Virus record (IMG/VR): IMGVR_UViG_3300017778_001401
Span: 1 to 27,491 of that record
Length of the DNA stretch: 27,491 bases
Direction: 5' to 3' (one strand)
From: a virus
Taxonomy: Duplodnaviria; Caudoviricetes
Numbering within the stretch: position 1 is the first letter of the stretch; each line of letters opens with the position of its first letter. The notes under the pieces were generated by a model that saw only the letters and a list, made by a program, of their open reading frames with translations, searched no databases and was not told the DNA's origin. A program made the translations under genes and the position numbers. Shown in pieces: positions 23,874 to 27,491 of the stretch.

Positions 23874-26800
23874 CGCACTAGGCAACTATGTACCAGACTC
23901 ACCAAATGCTAGTATCGATGATATGCGGTACTATTTGGCTCGGCACCCAGCACCGGCGCAACAGTCAGTAGTAGCTCAAGCAGCGCCTGAAAAGCGACCG
24001 CTTGATAAAGCGACCGACATGTTCAAGCAAATGGCGCTTGACTTTAACCCACTAATGATGATGCGCACATTGACCGATGCGCCAAAGATTGTGTCTAATA
24101 CTCTGGCTGCACCATTGGCTAGCATGTGGTCAGTGCCGTTCCAAGGAATGCAAAACAAAGGCGCTGAGTTTCTACATCGGTTAACAGGTGATGAGCAGTC
24201 GGCGCAAGAAGCCGCAGCTCGTAATACAAATATTCAACCGTCTAACTTTCAATTGCCACTACAGTCTACGACTGGTCAAATGGCGCAAGAAGGATTAGTT
24301 AAAGCATTCGACGAGTCTAAGCTTGCCGGAGCAATTGGTATGCCTAGGATTCCGAGCCGTGGGTTTACGCCAAACGACTTACGTGTTGCGGCGGCCAATG
24401 CACAGCGCATAGGCAAGCAAGTTAAAGAGCTGCCAACCGACATTGCCAATGCGCGAGCAGGCATCACAAAGATTGATCCAGTAACAGGGCAAAGTACGTT
24501 TGGTGCAAAAGTCCAACCGGTCGTAGATGCGCCTGTAAAAGCAGGCATGAAGGCAGAGCGTGCGCTTGATCCTATTGTGCAAGACATCATGAATCGCGGT
24601 GGCTACTCAGCGGATGTACTAGCTGCAATGGCAGGCCAACCGTCGTATGCAGTTCGCAAACCCGGTGGCATAGTGCCTAGACCTGAAGTGCCGGATACCG
24701 TGGATAGAGTAGACATTAGGTCCAGTCCGCTATCGGCGTTAATTTCTGAAATTAGAGTTCTATCTGACGAGCCTACTGTCGGTGAAGTAACTCAAGCATA
24801 CAAAGAAGCACTAATTACATCGGATGAGCAAGCAAATCAGTTTCAAGAGTTGAAAAACAAGAAGCTAGAAGAAGAGTTTCCGACACTTGACAAAGAGGAC
24901 AGGACTAGAGCATTAGCAATTAAGTACAGTAAGGTAAGTGCTAGCAGTCAATGGGAACGTAATTTGCTTAATGAGTTTATAGCTCAGCAAAACGATCCCA
25001 ACTTACCGACGATGGAAGAGTTTGCCAATCGTGTAGACAAAGCTCACAACTGGCTTGAAGGCCCATTTGCTCGTGACTTTACGCAATATGCAGGCACAAA
25101 TGAGAACCCAAGCCTTGCTCTTGCCGCGCAAGGGCATACGTTTATAGACCCAGAAAAGCTATACAAAGCTGCTGAAGAGCAGGACCTTGACACTACGATT
25201 GGTCAGCGTAGAGAAGCTGCAGGCTTTAGCTCCTTGGGGCAGTTTCAACCTCAGATTATGGACCTACGTGATAAACGTAATGCTCTTGACACTAACTATC
25301 AAAGCCGGTTAAATGCACAACAAGATGAGTACTTGCGGCTACAATCTGCAGGTATTCCGGACCCATATCAAGACCCTGAGTTGGCCAAGTTTAAAGCAGC
25401 AAATGAAAAGATTGGTAAAAAGATTGCCGATATGGACAAGCAAATTAGTAATTTAAAGACCGGACGATCGTATGAAACTTTGTCCGATGCATCCGTCATT
25501 GGTCGCCCTGCAAATTTAGCATTCGGCGCTATTGATGCAAGTGAGCAACAGTTCTATCCAAGTTTAGAGCGCACGGCAAGAGAGACGCCAGACCAAACAG
25601 TGTACTCAATGTATAGAGGGCCTGCACTAGAGCTAGGCATGAAAAAGCTCGGCAAGGATTACGTTAATGACATACTTACAGGCAAAGTAGATCCGGCAAA
25701 CACGTCTATTCCGGCATACATTAAGCGCACATCAGAAGTCCGCATTAAAGCCAAAGAAGCTAAAAAAGCAGCGCTTGAAGAACGTAAGTCGAACGTGCTG
25801 ACCGCGTTAAAAGACCAGTTAGTGAATACGCCTAGCAAGGCATATGGCAATGCTATAGCAATCGTAATTGACGACAGTTTGCCGCCTGAAACAATACAAA
25901 AGCTGTTAAGCGCGGACTGTGAAGTGCTGGATCATTGCATAGGCGACGTAGGTGGTACACTTGTAGGCACTAAGAACCTAATTAAGAACCCCAATGTTAA
26001 GCGTTCAACCCAGACTTTGTATGACTTGGCAACAGGTCAGCCGACGCGTTACGATGCGCGCCCAACATCATATATGAAGTCAGCTGCAAGAGGTGAGGAC
26101 AAGTACATAAGCTTGCGAACTGCTGACAAAGGCATACCTGAAGCTACTATTCAGTTTTCAAACCCTCATCTTGATGTAAGCGGTAAGAAAACATACACAC
26201 TTGGTTATGTAAGCGGATTTCACAACGGCACGATCGATCCGACATACCGCAATGCGCTAAGAGACGTGCTTAATGACCATGCTGATGAGATTCGTGATAG
26301 CGGTGATAGAGCTGAAAACAGTGGTGTGTATGACAAAGACAACGTGCAAGGCAGAAATCTAACAACACGTGATAACTGGACAGCAGTTAAAGACAGCTTG
26401 CCACGGTTCTTTACCAAAGAAGATCTTAAAGCTGAAGTTGCTAAGATTCAGCAACCGGCTACACAAGCACCAATTAGAGTAATACAAGATGGCATAGAAA
26501 CGGCATTTGAGAGGGCAATAGTTGCTGCGGGTGAAGAGCCTAATGACCCAAGTCTATACCGCGAAGTCGAAGCTAGACTTAGTCGGGCGTATGCGGACTG
26601 GGCTGCACAATTCCCTGACAATGTTTTTGCGCAAGATCCACTTAGAGCAGTAACGCATCTTGTAGACCGTCTTGATAACATGTCAACTTATGTGCCTGTT
26701 GAACTTAGAGGTGCATTTGCCGAGGCTCGTGATAACGTAACTGCTGTTTTACAAGGAATGCAGGTGCCACAACGACAAGCGGCACAGCCGCCAAGGCAAG

Positions 26801-27491
26801 TCGATGTGAATGCATTGCTTAATGATGTAAACACGGCAATGGACAATGCGATTACTTTTGCAATAAATGATGATCCGAACATGGCAGTATCTACTGCAAC
26901 AAGCATTAACATGGGTGTTCGAAGAACGGTTGACGTTTGGAGAAATGAGCAATCAGTTGGTGAGTTTTCGACTGACCCGATAAGGCACCTTGACCGACTT
27001 ATGTCTCGTGCAGCGTTTTTAGCAGGCAACCCTGGCTCGCTTGGGTTCGCGCGTGATGCATATGCAAACTTGCTTGATGAACTTACAGCAGTACGTGATT
27101 CATATGCACCACAAGCACAAGCACCTGCACCACAAGCACCTGCGCCACAAGCACCTGCGCCACAAGCACCTGCACGAGATCGAACGATGGGATTATGGTT
27201 AGCTGATGAGATGAGGCGTATTGCCGTAGCTGATGGTCTTGATGCATCTAGCGGCGTATGGGAAGTAGTAGGGCCAATCATGCGCATATATGATATAGAT
27301 ACTCAGCCGCAACAATTTGCTAATAGTCTTGTGGGCGCTGCAACGTTAGCACAAAATGCCCTTGTTGAAGAAAATCTAAATGCATTGGCAGACCGTATTA
27401 GAGAAGAAGTGAATAATAGGGCACCACAAGCACAAGCACAAGCACAAGCACAAGCACAAGCACAAGCACAAGCACAAGCACAAGCACAAGC
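23863..27491 (+). CDS. Large multidomain protein (>1209 aa, 3'-truncated) with PcfJ-like domain and repeated helical domains; not in ORF track
   Basis: ATG 23863 (MAYDALGNYVPDSP...) overlaps the terL stop. Translated by hand with no stop to the window end. LLSADCEVLDHCIG...YISLRT...PEATIQ...VSGFHNG. Confidence 0.85.
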   Translation, partial: MAYDALGNYVPDSPNASIDDMRYYLARHPAPAQQSVVAQAAPEKRPLDKATDMFKQMALDFNPLMMMRTLTDAPKIVSNTLAAPLASMWSVPFQGMQNKGAEFLHRLTGDEQSAQEAAARNTNIQPSNFQLPLQSTTGQMAQEGLVKAFDESKLAGAIGMPRIPSRGFTPNDLRVAAANAQRIGKQVKELPTDIANARAGITKIDPVTGQSTFGAKVQPVVDAPVKAGMKAERALDPIVQDIMNRGGYSADVLAAMAGQPSYAVRKPGGIVPRPEVPDTVDRVDIRSSPLSALISEIRVLSDEPTVGEVTQAYKEALITSDEQANQFQELKNKKLEEEFPTLDKEDRTRALAIKYSKVSASSQWERNLLNEFIAQQNDPNLPTMEEFANRVDKAHNWLEGPFARDFTQYAGTNENPSLALAAQGHTFIDPEKLYKAAEEQDLDTTIGQRREAAGFSSLGQFQPQIMDLRDKRNALDTNYQSRLNAQQDEYLRLQSAGIPDPYQDPELAKFKAANEKIGKKIADMDKQISNLKTGRSYETLSDASVIGRPANLAFGAIDASEQQFYPSLERTARETPDQTVYSMYRGPALELGMKKLGKDYVNDILTGKVDPANTSIPAYIKRTSEVRIKAKEAKKAALEERKSNVLTALKDQLVNTPSKAYGNAIAIVIDDSLPPETIQKLLSADCEVLDHCIGDVGGTLVGTKNLIKNPNVKRSTQTLYDLATGQPTRYDARPTSYMKSAARGEDKYISLRTADKGIPEATIQFSNPHLDVSGKKTYTLGYVSGFHNGTIDPTYRNALRDVLNDHADEIRDSGDRAENSGVYDKDNVQGRNLTTRDNWTAVKDSLPRFFTKEDLKAEVAKIQQPATQAPIRVIQDGIETAFERAIVAAGEEPNDPSLYREVEARLSRAYADWAAQFPDNVFAQDPLRAVTHLVDRLDNMSTYVPVELRGAFAEARDNVTAVLQGMQVPQRQAAQPPRQVDVNALLNDVNTAMDNAITFAINDDPNMAVSTATSINMGVRRTVDVWRNEQSVGEFSTDPIRHLDRLMSRAAFLAGNPGSLGFARDAYANLLDELTAVRDSYAPQAQAPAPQAPAPQAPAPQAPARDRTMGLWLADEMRRIAVADGLDASSGVWEVVGPIMRIYDIDTQPQQFANSLVGAATLAQNALVEENLNALADRIREEVNNRAPQAQAQAQAQAQAQAQAQAQAQ
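27118..27174 (+). repeat. 15-bp tandem repeat CAAGCACCTGCRCCA x~3.8 (QAPAP linker)
   Basis: Read directly; in frame with the large ORF. Confidence 0.9.
27427..27491 (+). repeat. (CAAGCA)n hexamer repeat, ~11 copies, running off the window end (poly-QA)
   Basis: Read directly. Confidence 0.95.

Larger units (their letters stand above)
1..27491. mobile_element. Tailed dsDNA bacteriophage genome fragment (probably podovirus-like)
   Basis: Contains TerS/TerL, a family-A DNA polymerase, primase-helicase, SNF2 helicase, VRR-NUC, ejection-type proteins and dense small overlapping ORFs. No host housekeeping genes or integrase are visible. Confidence 0.96.

Noticed and set aside
23976-27287. Minus-strand ORFs in the track, including 26688-27287 with GACGA repeats
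   Set aside because: They are shadows of the long uninterrupted + strand ORF starting at 23863.
27118-27491. CRISPR array or telomere-like repeat
   Set aside because: Head-to-tail 6- and 15-bp units with no spacers, in frame within a CDS.
1-27491. tRNA, rRNA, introns/inteins, DGR or integrase
   Set aside because: None recognised by eye. PolA, TerL and the helicase are uninterrupted and of normal length, and intergenic gaps are short and otherwise explained. No covariance search was run.

Overview
The window is a fragment of a tailed dsDNA phage genome, probably podovirus-like, with no host genes, integrase, portal or capsid gene visible. It has four parts. (1) 1-4572 (+): four Ala/Gly/Gln-rich virion or ejection-type proteins. 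(2) 4559-18228 (-): a long arm with about 15 small early genes, a DR2231/MazG-like pyrophosphatase, a pyrimidine-dimer glycosylase, dCMP deaminase, an SSB-like protein, a family-A DNA polymerase, a Cas4-like nuclease, a VRR-NUC nuclease and a SNF2 helicase. It also carries a separately promoted, translationally coupled nucleotide-processing operon: nucleoside 2-deoxyribosyltransferase, HD 5'-deoxynucleotidase, DUF6378-like protein and a divergent ThyX-like enzyme lacking the canonical RHRx7S serine. (3) 18443-21790 (+): a DUF932 protein, a primase-helicase and an iteron-like AT-rich putative origin. (4) 21832-end (+): TerS, a small basic protein, TerL and a >1200-aa ORF absent from the ORF track that runs off the end in a (CAAGCA)n repeat. 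The most notable signals are the nucleotide operon (a possible novel base-modification, base-exchange or anti-defence pathway) and a repeated promoter architecture: TGTTTACT-N15-TAYAAT, a hairpin starting exactly at the predicted +1, and an AACTNCTA box before the RBS. All family assignments come from motifs recognised by eye; no database search was run.
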